Part shown: in pieces, positions 1-12,671 of the stretch
Layout: every line of letters starts with the position of its first letter
How positions within the stretch are numbered: the stretch's first letter is position 1
Notes under the pieces: generated by a model
What the model was told of the DNA's origin: nothing
Databases searched by the model: none
What the model saw: only the letters and a program-made list of their open reading frames with translations
Assembly (NCBI RefSeq): GCF_000400465.1
Contig: NW_008806282.1
Location: 360,001-422,000, forward strand
DNA: 62,000 bases
Source of the DNA: Wallemia ichthyophaga EXF-994
Lineage: Eukaryota; Fungi; Basidiomycota
Direction: 5' to 3'
Made by a program: the position numbers and the translations under genes

Positions 1-194
1 TTGGTGAGCCAGCGCCTTGAACCGCGCAAATGCTTCTGCGTACAAATGGATGATCCTTCCTCCACATCTTCTTCTCTTCCATAAGTCTAGTGCGGGCGAC
101 GCCTGACCTGTGGCTGTGTTATTTACTGGGTAGCATTTACAGTGTGTTGGTACATGATTGTATTTAGTTAAGGGGTGTATTGTACAAATTATTC

Positions 195-1617
195 TTAGTT
201 GTGCTTATTCATCGCAGACGTCAGCTGGTCTGTGTAGTACTCGATTTGTTCCTCCAGCGTTACCCACGTTGATTGCAACGCGTTCATTTCTTGTTCGTGG
301 CTTAACTCCAGTTCGCGAGTCTAGGTTTGTGTGTCAGTAGCGATTTACTCAATATAGCACTCCCTCACATCCTGCTCCAACTTGGAGTTACGTTCCAGCT
401 TCCCCTCGTACTCTTTCCGCCGTTCCGTCCTCTCAGTGGAGATAACCTCGTGCTCGCTGCGGAATGCTGCCATCTGAGCGCGAATAGCCTCACGTTTCTC
501 TGTAGCCGTGCGCTGTGTGCGTTCGAGTCTTTCACGCGCGTTATCGACCTGTCTCGAAAGCTGTTGGAAGCGAACGGAGAGTGCGGTGTGATCTTTCTGT
601 TTCTGATCGATCCCATCACGCAAATGAGCTGAGTGTCTATAAGCACCGTCAACTCTACCTTGCTCGACTTCTATGACGTTTAAGACAGCGATACAAGCCT
701 GAATGTCATTGTTAAACGAGTCCATGTATTCGAGACGAATTTTGAGGTCCTTGGTGCGTTTCTCGAGCCCTGCTTCAGCTGCACGTTCGGCAGCTAGCTC
801 GTCTCCCATATCTGCGATAGCGCGTTTTTGGCGGTCAGGCGATTGCACAAGGCGAGCGGTGGAAGTGTGACCGATTTGCTGTGCATTGTGCAACAGACTC
901 TGATAATGCGTGATAGCCTTGTTGAGCTCCCCTTTGTGATTTTTCAGTTTATCAATCTCGCTCGCGAGGACTGTCTGGTGTTGCTTGAGGCGGGATAGTT
1001 CACTGAGGGCTTGCTCCATCTCTACGCGCGCTTGTTTCGCCTGTGGTTCATCTTGAGCGCGTTGTTCACGCAGCTGTGCAGTCGCACTGCGCAATCGCTC
1101 ATTCTCTCCAGCTAACTCACCCCGCCGCTCTTTCAACGCTTCGCTGCGCGCTGCCACACCGTCAACCGTCGCCTGTCGCTCTTGTTTGAACTTAGCAAAA
1201 TTCACAAGCGCGGATAAGATCTTGCGCGTGCGTGCGGCGTCTGGCCGCGTTAGGTCCTGCAGAGTGAAGAAATCGACCTGGGCGATCTTGGTGAGGTTGG
1301 TGACGTGCTGGTGGAACATCATAAGGGGGACAGAGTCAGCGAAGAGTTCCTGATAGCGTCACTTAGTCGATTGTCCTCGCACTGGAATAAACACCCACGG
1401 GAAATTGCATCCTGCCAAGCAAGAGCGTCTTGGGAGCCTCGAGGGACTCCGGACGTAGCCCCATGAAGTAGTCCAGACACGCCGCGTATATCATTTGTAC
1501 CACTTGCGGCGTCGGCCGGTTGATGTCGTCGGCGGAGATGCGCAGGTTGAAGTACTGGGGATCGCAGAGACACTGGACAAGCTCAGTGACCTTGAAGGCA
1601 GGCAGAACTACAGACAT
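195..1617 (-). CDS. NUF2: Kinetochore Ndc80-complex subunit Nuf2 (3 exons)
   Basis: CH-domain motifs (RISADDINRPTPQVVQMIY; LTRPDAARTRKILSALVNFAKFK) followed by a long coiled coil. ATG at 1617. Introns inferred at ~1350-1400 and ~323-370, joining ORFs 1363..1635, 345..1322 and a last exon ending TAA at 195. Confidence 0.9.
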
Positions 1618-1668
1618 TTGGTTTGCTGGATTCAATTTTTAATTTCTTATCGTCGTCGTCCTGGTGCA

Positions 1669-1682
1669 ACGCGTCGACGCGT
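1669..1682. promoter_or_regulatory. Tandem MluI/MCB-like boxes (ACGCGT x2) upstream of NUF2
   Basis: acgcgtcgacgcgt palindrome ~50 nt upstream of the NUF2 ATG. ACGCGT is the fungal MBF (G1/S) element. Confidence 0.5.
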
Positions 1683-2691
1683 CGACGAGCGCGTTTAGGG
1701 GCGACAACGACGACGACGACGAATAAAAATAAAAATCACAGCCACAGAGACACACGGACATCACCGGCACAGCACTCCCAATGCGCCACTCCCCGCTACA
1801 GCTGGTAATGCACCCACACACTCAGCGGGACCACTCCGTCTTCCACAACATTGCGCCACGGGCGTATCACCTAACCTGAGGTAGAATATCGGTCAATGTT
1901 GAGGAGGTGTTTGTAAGGCCCTTGGAACCACGGCGTGGCTACGCACGTTCCCAGTCTCCCTATGCACCAGATGCACCAGACACACCACTCAACGACCACA
2001 TCTACACGCTGGGATGTGTTGGCTTTAAGTAGCACGCACACCAAGTTGCCAGTAGCGTATTCCTCCTTCTTGGAGTGTTTCTCCGCCGCTCTGAAGTCTC
2101 TGGTTCCCGCGTGTGGTCCCCGTCTTAACTGATGGTTTAGCTGTGGCCATGGAGTGCCTGGCAGGAGCTCTGGAGTGCTTGTCTGGGCGATAGTTTCCTT
2201 AGTCGGTGGTGTTAGTCTGCCGTCGCTGAGTTTGGTACTCGCATCACTAAATTGCCTCTGGAGCTGTCGCAGTCATCGGCTGTTGCTACGGTGCTTGGTG
2301 CGGTGCTCCTCTCAACGACAGCGCTGGACACGTCTCACTCGTGTAGAGTTTCGTACTCGCCTTCTCCCAGCAGAGAGCTGTTCACGAGTCGAGCACCTAT
2401 CACGCAACGCCCACGCTTGCTCGTGGCTCTGTCACGTAGCGCTGCTCAATGAGGTTGCTATTTGCAGGCAACAATGATAATCGGGTGGTGATGTTATTCA
2501 CGGGCAGTCCCCGTACTGCTGGAAGGTGCTGCGTTGGTGTGTCTGTCTCTCTCGCTGGAGTAGCTTCCTGCGTGCACCTTCCCCCCTCTTGTCTGTTAAG
2601 TACTAATCCCTGCACACAACTTGGTCTTACTAACTCTACTAGCGCGGTATCTAACATAAATATCTGCTACACGATGCAATTCATCCTTATT

Positions 2692-3189
2692 TCATTCGTT
2701 TTTCGCGTGCCCCCGTCTAAACAGGCAGCTGAGTATATACACGAATCCAGCCAGCGTGATTGCAGTGGTGGTGGCTGCGACCACAAATCTATGGTTACTG
2801 GATCCGGTGGGTATGTATACAGTAGAGGTGTCTTGTGTGCTTTGCGTGCTTGGTGTGCCCATGCAAGAATGGAACGTGCTAACCAGAGTACTCTCACTAA
2901 CGCCTGCGCGCTGTTTGAGGAGCGGGTATCTCGCGTGCACAGGCAGGGTGATAGACTGGCCATAGAGTTGTAATCTCAGTATAGTGTCTTGATTCGAAGC
3001 AACTTGCGGTATTTCAACGTCTGTGTCCCCCTCCACCAATTCAACAATCTCAGTAGCCCTATCCAGTCTAGAAATCTCATCCCAATCGACGTACAAACTC
3101 GATGGCAGTGTGAGTGTACTACAGTCCTCCTTCCCGCTGCCATCCAGCGTAACTTTAAAATGCATTGACTGGGCTGGATATATCTTCAT
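2692..3189 (-). CDS. PIGX: PIG-X/PBN1-like GPI mannosyltransferase I accessory subunit
   Basis: CSTLTLPSSLYVDWDEI...DVEIPQV...ITLPVHARYP, IPTGS, then a C-terminal TM helix. The start is ATG 3189 or 3165; the upstream part of ORF 2692..3504 is HEM14 antisense. Confidence 0.75.
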   Translation of the reverse strand: MKIYPAQSMHFKVTLDGSGKEDCSTLTLPSSLYVDWDEISRLDRATEIVELVEGDTDVEIPQVASNQDTILRLQLYGQSITLPVHARYPLLKQRAGVSESTLVSTFHSCMGTPSTQSTQDTSTVYIPTGSSNHRFVVAATTTAITLAGFVYILSCLFRRGHAKNE

Positions 3190-3199
3190 CGTTGTTGTA

Positions 3200-4726
3200 A
3201 TGCCACCACCAAAATCAATTTCAATCATCGGCGCTGGCATTTCTGGGCTCACCGCTGCATACCACGCCACGCGGCTATTCCCCGGCACAGCCATCCATCT
3301 ATTCGAACAGAGTGATAGATTGGGCGGGTGGATAGACAGCCAGCGTATTGATCTCGGCAGCCACGGCAGTGCGCTGGTGGAAAGTGGACCGCGCACACTA
3401 CGGCCGAGTGGCGTAGGCGGAGCGCTCCTGCTTGACCTGATCGACAAGCTACATCTAGAGAAAGAGCTGCTGACGTCCTCCAAAACCTCATCAGCAGCTC
3501 GCAACCGCTACATATACCACCCCGACAACTTGAACCGGCTTCCGTCGTCGCTGCTCGCCATCCCCGGTGCCTTACTCAGGCACAAGACATTGCGCTCTAT
3601 TCCGCGCGCTATCTGGAATGACCTCACCACACCACCCCAGCAGCAGCAGCACGACGAGCACGACGAAAGCGTCGACTCCTTCTTCCGGCGCCGCTTCGGG
3701 GATAGAATCGCAGACGACATCGCTAGTGCGGTAATACACGGCATATACGCAGCCGACAGTCGACAACTATCTCTCCGCTTCGCCTTCCCGCTGCTGCACA
3801 AGCTCGAGCAGCGCGCTGGATCGGTGGTCCGCGGTGCGTTTAGAGGTGTCGGTGTGGATGCGCGCGAGAAGGCGCTAGAGGAGGACATACGCAGTGCTAT
3901 CTCTCCCTCACTCACTCACGCCATGCAAAATGCGAGTATTTTTGCCTTCAAAGAGGGCATTGCGCAGCTAGTGACTTCGCTAGAAGGGGCACTGCAGCAC
4001 AGCAACGTCGCTATACACACGTCGACAGCTGTGGACCGTATCAGCCGACACAAGGACGCCTATACCGTCCATACCCAGACAGGGCTCGCCGTGGAGAGTA
4101 CCCACCTCATCTCATCCGTCCCCCTACCCGCTCTAGGCATGCAGGGAAATGTGAGTGAAAGCGAGAGCTATAGCGACAGTGTACACCACCTACACCGTCC
4201 AGACGTAACAGTCGTGACACTCGTGTATCCCCGCACCCCGCTGCCGATAAATGGTTTCGGGTATCTCATACCGCGCTCGACGCCCGCTGCGAGCAACCCA
4301 CACGGAGCGCTGGGTGTAGTGATCGATTCGGATGCCATGCCGCAGCAGGATCCAGCGCCACTGACAAAGCTCACCGTCATGCTAGGCGGGCCGCATGGAC
4401 TGCGGACAGAGGATACCGCCCAGCTGCGCCAGATGGCCGTCGACACCGTCACTAGACAGCTCTCCGCGCATTTACACTCCCCGATTGCCTCTACGGTTTG
4501 CGTGCAGCGCGCTTGTATTCCTACTTACCCCCCAGGCCATCTGTCCGCTCTGCAGTCACTCCATCACTCCCTCCTCAGCCACCACCACGGCCGTCTAGCT
4601 GTCATTGGTAGCCCCTACACCGGCATCGCAGTCGGAGATTGCGTTCGAAGCGCTTGGGAGGTCGTGCAAACGCTCAACTCTACAGGCACTGCTACCGGTC
4701 TCGAGCGTTTCCAGAATGCAGTTTAA
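3200..4726 (+). CDS. HEM14: Protoporphyrinogen oxidase
   Basis: FAD-binding IIGAGISGLTAAY, LGGWI, VESGPRTL, GIYAAD, and C-terminal CIPTYPPGH / GIAVGDCV. Confidence 0.95.
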   Translation: MPPPKSISIIGAGISGLTAAYHATRLFPGTAIHLFEQSDRLGGWIDSQRIDLGSHGSALVESGPRTLRPSGVGGALLLDLIDKLHLEKELLTSSKTSSAARNRYIYHPDNLNRLPSSLLAIPGALLRHKTLRSIPRAIWNDLTTPPQQQQHDEHDESVDSFFRRRFGDRIADDIASAVIHGIYAADSRQLSLRFAFPLLHKLEQRAGSVVRGAFRGVGVDAREKALEEDIRSAISPSLTHAMQNASIFAFKEGIAQLVTSLEGALQHSNVAIHTSTAVDRISRHKDAYTVHTQTGLAVESTHLISSVPLPALGMQGNVSESESYSDSVHHLHRPDVTVVTLVYPRTPLPINGFGYLIPRSTPAASNPHGALGVVIDSDAMPQQDPAPLTKLTVMLGGPHGLRTEDTAQLRQMAVDTVTRQLSAHLHSPIASTVCVQRACIPTYPPGHLSALQSLHHSLLSHHHGRLAVIGSPYTGIAVGDCVRSAWEVVQTLNSTGTATGLERFQNAV

Positions 4727-4783
4727 AGGGTGAAATTGGAATATATTTTCATGTTGATAACAATCTTCTACCTAATACATAAA

Positions 4784-7700
4784 TCATAACGCATATGGGA
4801 TATCATTCGTTATCCTCTGAAACTCGTCGTATGCAATTGAGCGCGAGTTCTCGTGTGCGTTCCTGATGACGCCGAGCATATACGTCGACGCAGCGCGGTC
4901 GTCCAAATGCAACATAAACCTCTCTCTCAGCCTGTATATTGTTCCCTCGCCCTTGAAAGAAGGCAACTCAGTACCGAGCATCAGTTTGACGACGTTGACG
5001 ATCTCGTGTGCGTAGATTCTAGCTGCGATGAAGCCCTTGATAATTAGCTCCTGGAACATCTTGTATCCATCACTATCTCTTCCACCCATAACTGTCACCA
5101 TCTCATGACTCAGTTTGAACGAGTTGGGCTCGAATTTTATCCCACCCGGTCCTATGTCGAACAGGAACCCAAAGTCAATGTGCACAATATGGCCCTCCCC
5201 GTCTATCATTATATTCCCGTTGTGGCGGTCCTTTACTTGGAGTATGTAGCAAATGAGCGAATACGCTGCCATCGATCTGATAAAGTTCAGTCTGCTCTTC
5301 TGGTACGCGAGGCTCTCTTTCGAACCGAAAGTCTGCAAGAAATATATAGCCAGATCATTCACCTTAGCTCTACCCATTTCATCTCTAGATGTAGCATTAG
5401 GGACGACGTCAATAACGCCGCACTGCGTGTATGTTAGTGAGGTACATGACAACGAAAGCAACCTACTCCCGGTCCAGTCGCAGTAACGCGGTACGGATTC
5501 AGATACAGTGCTATCCCCGCACTCGAGAAGATGGTCTTGAAAATAGCGATAGCCTGCAACGCAAGAACGTCCTGTCTGCAATCATCTCCCACTTTGAATA
5601 TAGCTGCCTGCCATTTTTCAAGCACCTGCTTCTTTTCCTCCTGCTCCGTGTCGAGAATCCCATCCGGCGACTGTAAATTGACGAACTCCTTGCGCACCTT
5701 GAACGTTGCCATGAAGGGCGCCTTGGCATGACTCTGCAGCGGCCTGCCTGACACCTTGTCGATGTCGACGACTACCCCGTCAGGGTTGCTGGGCAGGTAG
5801 ACGCCTGGATCTACATCTATCCGTTGCATCTCCTCGTCGATTTTGCTCTGCGGGTGGTGTGGGTATGAGTATGAGTATTGGCGAGGTGACAGTATCCCCC
5901 ACTAACCTTTTTCTCTGGCTTGCTCTTTTTCACGAACGGCTTCAATTTACCGGATATCGAAGTAACCGAGTCGAAGAAGGAGAACTCGCGTTCGAAGAAT
6001 TCCTTAGCATCGCCCGATAGCGAAGACACTATCATGTTGATCATCCTCTCGAGTAGCGGTTTCATAGGATCCTCCAACTCCCCGTTATCGTCTCTGTGCG
6101 TGTTAGCTTTCATGTTCCAGATGATCTGGTGGCAGAAGAGTTGGGAGATTTTTGCAGTCTCGAAGATGAATCTCTCTACATAACCCAGTTTATCGTCGCG
6201 CAAAGCCTGCACGATCTGGGGGACGTAGAAGAAAGTGAGATCGACCGAGTGGTGTTCGAGACACTTCATAGCGTACTGCAGCACGATACTGTGATTTCTA
6301 TACTCTGGTTGGAAATACGTTAGTGCGACAGAGGGCGATACTGGTGCCCAGAAGTTGAGGAGGCGCAGCGAAGAAGGTGAGACTTCATGCACACCGCCAT
6401 CCAATAAATACTCCAGACTCTCTGACACGTTTACGAAGCAATTAGTGTGTTTCCTTGTCAGTTTTTTCACCTCGCGCGAGATAGTTGGGGACTTGAATCG
6501 ACTGGCGAGACCCATTAGCAGCTCAGGTGAATGCGACCAGGCCGTGTGGACGTGTCTGTGCCACTCAAATTCAGTTATGGTAGTGCCCTGTATGAGTGTA
6601 GGAAGGTATCCACCTCTGTCGGACTCATTGAGTGGGTCGAGCCACACTTTCAGCTTGCTTATTTCGTTGTCAAGCAACAACTCGAGCAACTTCATTTTGT
6701 TGTTGTGCGTGCTGTTGCTGTGCGACTGTATCCTACCATCCGTTTTGACATTGTGCAAAAACATCTCCAGACACTGCATATCTGACTTGAGCTGCAGTTT
6801 ATTACCACCGAAGCACCATTGCGGCTTGAGATCGAACCACGCTAGGGCGCAGTGCAGCGTCGACTCCCGCATCATCGCCTCGGATGTCTCGTCTAAGGAC
6901 GACGACTTGAGCAGTCTGAATGCCGTGTTGAGGATAGTGAAACGCACCTCACGAGATAGTGGATGTCTGCTCATCAGCCCTGACTGCATAGACCGATGGA
7001 GACATTTCGAAACTGTGACGATAGCAATTGGATCATTCGACTCGACTGTGGTGAGAAGACCGTTGATGAGGTGAATAACATAGAGGTGTGGCAGAAATGT
7101 CTTTTTGATCGATATGCAGTGGCTGTTGAGCTCCTCCTCATTCGACGGCGAGTACTCAATGCCCGCGTGGAAAGGATCCATCTCTGAAGGGGAGAAGAGC
7201 CCCTTGCGCGCTTTGATAGTACCGAGCCACTGGCTAGAGATTTCCATAATAATCTTGGTCTGGAAATCGACGCGCTCATGGAATAGCCATGTCCACACCT
7301 CGAGCGCGATGGAGATAGAGTCGCCAGTGAACACTTGGAACGGGACCGATACGAGAAAATGTAACAGTTCAAAATCGAGCTTATTTGATGCTATTAGTAT
7401 TCCTGCACATCTCCACAATAGTCGCTTCAGGTCGGGCAGTGTGAGGTCGCACTCCTTATTGTATATCCCATAGAGCAAGTCTTGCGTCTGTTTCTTCAAC
7501 CTGCGCACATCCTCTTTGGATATCTCGTTGTCTGGGATCTTGTGCATTTCGTTTACGCCTGAGGGTTGCTTGTCGTTAGATTGACACATGCGTATATCCT
7601 CACTCACCCTTCTTCAAAGCCAACCTAACGCCAGTGATCTCACCGTTGGTTTTACAGCGCAGACCGAAGCGATTAGCGAAAGCACCGGCCAGATCCTCGT

Positions 7701-9954
7701 CGAGCTGGGATTTGGACGCGAGGTGGGAGTCATTAGGTGGTATTTTGAGTGAATATCTGAGCGCGAGAGAAGCACCATAATGTGTCGGCGAAGCCTCGTT
7801 AGTTTCGTCGAGGTATGACTGGTGGCGTTGTTAGTGAAGAGGCAGGTGGGTAGATGAGCAGAGTGAAACACGCACGCTCAGTGTAGAATTCAGCTCGAGG
7901 TTAGATCCAGGAAGAGCAGAGACGATCCACCTGTCGAGTGCGCGACTCAGTCTTTCCACCAGCCCGTTCTTCACCGCGGAGCTATCGGGCAGATCGATCT
8001 GGAAAGCAGCGAGAGACGAAGCGTAGTTGAATCTGAAAGAGTATTCAAATTCCATGTGATTAGCGCATGACTGGTGTAGCAGGCTGAGTAACTCGAGGAC
8101 AGTGTAGATGACGACGCTTTTTGACACCAGATCCGGTATGGCGGTAAGCACTCTGTCAGCGAAGCGGAATGCAATAGTGCGCACTATTTCTAACCTGTGG
8201 CACGACGCTATAAGAAGCGCTTTGATGTGCTCTAACAACCGCAAGTCGATTGATTGCACCTTAGACTGTGCGATCCATTCGCTGATAAAGGTGTGCGTGA
8301 GGAGGTCCGAGATGCCCTTAAGGCACTCGGTGGAAGACGCATCACTGAAAATATCCCCATCTAGGTACGCAAGTAGTGTCGATGGGCGACAGTGAGCGCA
8401 GCGGATGCCCTCCAGCTTGTAGAGCGTAATGAGCAACACTACTTGGTCAGATGAGAGATAGCGTATGTCGCCTGCATTCCTAGGGAGTATTGTGGTGAGA
8501 AAGGCGCGTTTTTCGTTGATTGCACTGTGTGCGGTGATGTCTGCCTGTGTGAAGACAAGCGCGGGTGATTTGAGAGCTATTTCGTGTAGTGCATTGCTGT
8601 CTGGTAGAGACTGTGTAGCTACTATGATCCAGAACTTGCGAAGCTTGGCTGATATACTGTCGCTTTCAGCGTGATTGTCATCATCACGCATCAGAATGGC
8701 AATTACATCGACATATTCACCGAGAGATACCTTATTCGAGTTGTTCTGGCTGGCCTGGATGAAGAGCTTTAAATAGTGCTCAAGGACAGCTGATGAAAGG
8801 TATTTGTCAGAGAGGGACTGTTTAGCCATAGCTTTCTGTGCATTGAACGAGTCGTCGAGATGGGCAATTGCCTTGGCAATCTCGATAAAAGTGGAATGAG
8901 GGGTGATTGGAGCGAGGGCTATGAGATGATGGGCAATATCGGCCGACTTAGGATAGGTATCTAAGTTTTGGAGGAAGATGGAAGTGGAGAGGTTGGTGAT
9001 TTGGGATCTGTTGAGTTGTAGAGTGAGGTGGGTGATGAGTGCGGTGGTAGAGAAGGAGAGGTGGTTTAAGAGTGTGTGGATGGTTGACACTAGGAGAGCA
9101 TCATCACCTGAAAATTTGAAAAGAGTGAGCAAACAACGGGAAAGAGAGGCGATGATGGCGTCGTTGTGGGTTGTACTGTGTAGAATATACTCCTTTAGAT
9201 GGTCGAGCGTATCACTAATGTCAACTTTGTTGTTTTGGGTTAGAATAGTGAGACTATCGATGAGGTGGAGTGTGTTGGTATTGAGGTGGGTTGTAAGATA
9301 CTCGCACCAATCAGATTTACAGTGAGAGAGGATGAAAGAGAGGGTGGAGAGATAGAGAGCATCAATATCAGCGTGCTCCTTGTACTTGATAGAAGATTCA
9401 ATGTGAACTTTGTAGAAAAATTGAACGTGTTTGTCGAGGATTTCGGGGATTGGGTGGGATAGAAGGTTTTCAAGGTCATTAAACCCAATAGCGCTAATTA
9501 AAACGCGTAATAAGAAGGCAGAGTCTGATCTAAATGGCTTGTGTGCTCTTATCAAGTTATCTAGATTCCAATTGAAGTATTGTAGATGAGGGTATGTGAG
9601 TGGAGTGATTGAGGCATTCTCAATGAGGAAATCGAGCAAACGATCTGCAACGGATCTACCCACGTCATCTTTGGGGATTTGGGTTAAACGGTTAAGAATA
9701 GCGTTGCAGAGATGAACATGATCTTGGTAGATGTAAAGCTGATCAAATAAATCATCCACTGAGTTGTTAATTGAGTTGTAAATCAGATTGAAATCTAGCC
9801 ATTGATAACTCAGTTTGTTCTCCGTAGATGGCTTATAATCCACCAAATCACCAACATCTCCTAGTTCCTTTAAAATCAATAGATTTAAATTGTTTTCAAT
9901 TCTAACTTATAATCAGTCTAACGCCCTCTTAACCAACAACACCCACCTCGACAT
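4784..9954 (-). CDS. STT4: Phosphatidylinositol 4-kinase type III alpha (multi-exon)
   Basis: PI4K catalytic motifs FKVGDDCRQDVLALQ and QVKDRHNGNIMID..HIDFGF; PIK helical domain FFYVPQIVQALR. Start inferred from micro-exon ATG TCG AG (9954), then GTGGGT...TTAG, giving MSRIENNLNLLILKEL. Confidence 0.93.
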
Positions 9955-9972
9955 CGCCGTTATTCTCCAACG

Positions 9973-12671
9973 ATGAATAAAATAAAAGAATTCGATAAAC
10001 CTCCTTTGAAATTCATCAATCACATCTCAAATCCACTCATTTCCAATCTCCCTCCTTCTCAAATCTACAAGCCATTGCACATTGTCGGTAAGGGTGCATA
10101 CGGCAGTGTGTGGAAAGGCTGCCACCTCCACACGGGTTTCGTAGTCGCCATAAAAGTCATCGACTTTGATCTTTCCGGCAACACGAGCGCGATCGATGAT
10201 GACGTCGCCGACATCCAGCGTGAAGTTTCTGTTTTATCCCGACTACGCGATGTCGACAACAAGAACGTTACTCGCTACTACGGTTGTCATTTAGAGGGCT
10301 CAAAACTGTGGATTATTATGGATTACGCAGGCGGTGGTAGTGTGCGCACCCTAATGAAAGCTCAACCACGCCTAGACGAGCGTTTCGTGGTGGTGATAGT
10401 CCGTGAATGTCTCTATGCACTAAGCTTTCTACACAAGAGCGGCATCATTCATCGTGACATTAAAGCTGCTAACATACTCATCAACAGCGTTGGCCGTGTA
10501 CTTTTATGCGATTTCGGTGTCAGCGCCAGTCTCCCATCAGCCAGCAGCAAGCGAACTACTTTCATAGGTACTCCTTACTGGATGGCACCTGAAGTCATAG
10601 CACATGGTGCAGATGCCGTCAACGGTCGTGAGTACGACTCTAAAGCTGATATATGGAGTTTGGGCATTACAATCTACGAAATGTGTCAGGGTCGTCCCCC
10701 TCTCTCCGACCAAGAGGCAATGAAAGCCATTTTCCTCATCACTCGTTCACCTCCAGCTCGTCTACCTGATGATGGAAAATATAGTCGCGAAATGCGCGAA
10801 TTGGTGGGGAGTTGTTTGGTATCTGATCCTAAATCTCGTCCTTCCGCTGACGAGTTGCTAAAATGCAAGTATATTAAGAGCTCCTCGCGTGTACCGACAA
10901 GCATTCTGCGCAAGCTGCAGACTATTTACAGCGAGTGGGAGATGCGCGGTGGTCAACGCGCAAGTCTGGCTGGACAAGTATGGGATGAGGAAGAGGAAGA
11001 GGCGGCGTTTAACGCTAATTATCAACGTATGAGCGGATGGGATTACTCCTCTATCTCCCCCTCTGAAGCTGTCAATCGGCAAGTTGAAAATGATGTTGAG
11101 TTGGACGCTCCAAATAAACCTATCGCACCAAGGAATAGACTGTTGAGAATATTCGACGACCCAAATGCAGAAGATGAGAATGATATACAGTTGAACACCA
11201 GAGGATTGGGTTTAGCGCAGCATAGAAAAACACCATTACATGGTGATAGTGACGCGACTATGCGCCAGATAGACTTGAATGCAGTCGGTAGCGGTAGCGG
11301 TAATGCCGGTGGCGGTGGTGGTGATGGGATGATAGATCTCAGTGCGATAAGTGCGATAGATGACAGTAGTAGTGATTATCCAGGCATAGATTTGCCATCT
11401 GGGAGTAGTCTTCCAACGCAGTATGACGACTACGATGATTACCCTGAGTATGATGACAAAATGCAGTCGAATGGACGCACTATCCGAGCTAGTTATGGTG
11501 CATTTCAACCCGCAGCACAAATCGATACCAGTGTGAGTGCAATGAAAAACAGAAAAACACCAAAAACACCCACCGCCCATCGTCACAAATCTTCTTATGC
11601 GAGTAGTAGGAATTTCTCGACAGATTCCACGGCCAGCTCCCCGAATGATTTCTCGCCCAAAGTGGATGAACACAGTGGTAGCGCAGGTAGTGGGAGTGGC
11701 AAGGGTAGTGCCAATAGCAGTGCAAATGGCAAGAACAAGAATGTGTTTGAAGGTTCATTTGCTTTTAGAGCTAAGGGGAATAATGTGGCTAATTCAGCTG
11801 GTAACTCAGCAACCAGCTCAGCAGCTAATTCCACAACAACATCTCCACAAAGCACATGGCACAAGACCGCACAAGCAAAGGTATCACCGCAGATGAAAGA
11901 AGATACACCTGCAACACCTACAACACTAGGATCACTCTCACCTTCATTCCAATTTCCACCAATACGCAAAACACAAGAACAGCCACCGAGTTTACCCAGT
12001 TTACCCAGCTTGCCTAATCTCAGTCGCTCAGCTAGCTTGGTGAGGTCACACAGCCACAATCCTTGTTCGAGCACTGGTAGTATGTGGGAGTTGGAGGGAG
12101 ATAGTGGAGCAACTAAAATAGATGTAGGAGTAGCGGAGAGGACAAAAATGAATTCAAGACCGACGGTGATGAGGAACAGTTCAGTATCGGTGATGGAGAC
12201 AATACCGTCTCCAGACATGAAGGCGTCGGAGGTGACTAAAGATGTGGGTAGTGCAAGGAGTGCAGCACATGCAACGGTGAGTGGACAGGAACGTGCAGGG
12301 GTTCGTGGACATGGACGGAGATCAAGCCAGGCATCAGAGAGCATGAACCCAAGTAGCGCAAGGTATAGGAATATAGGAAGGAGAACGAGTCGGAGTGAGG
12401 GACAAGTAGTGGTGGGTTGAAAAGATGAGTTGAATGAGAAAAACTGATATGCTCCCAGTTAAGCACATCTATGTCATCAGAATTGGCGACGCTTTCAGAG
12501 GATGTGAGTGGTAGGAGGACACGTGAGGGACCAAGAACAGTGGAGAAGGAATACAAGCCATTGGATTACAACAGACTATGTCAAACACAAAGCAAGCAAA
12601 TGATTCAAGAAGAAATGATTACTATGTTAGATGAAGTGCAAATGCATTTGGATAACATGGCAAGATTGTAG
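9973..12671 (+). CDS. KIC1: STE20/GCK-family Ser/Thr kinase, Kic1/Nak1/Pod6-like
   Basis: GKGAYGSV, HRDIKAAN, CDFG, GTPYWMAPEVI. Long low-complexity C-terminus. Intron ~12412-12458 adds exon LSTSMSSEL...MARL*. Confidence 0.85.

Noticed and set aside
1-190. Possible 3' end of a plus-strand gene at the window edge
   Set aside because: Too short to support any call.
345-1322. ORF as a stand-alone gene, or apparent NUF2 frameshifts
   Set aside because: The breaks are explained by ordinary short introns.
2692-3504. 270-aa ORF overlapping HEM14
   Set aside because: Only the part below ~3189 is PIG-X-like; the rest is HEM14 antisense.
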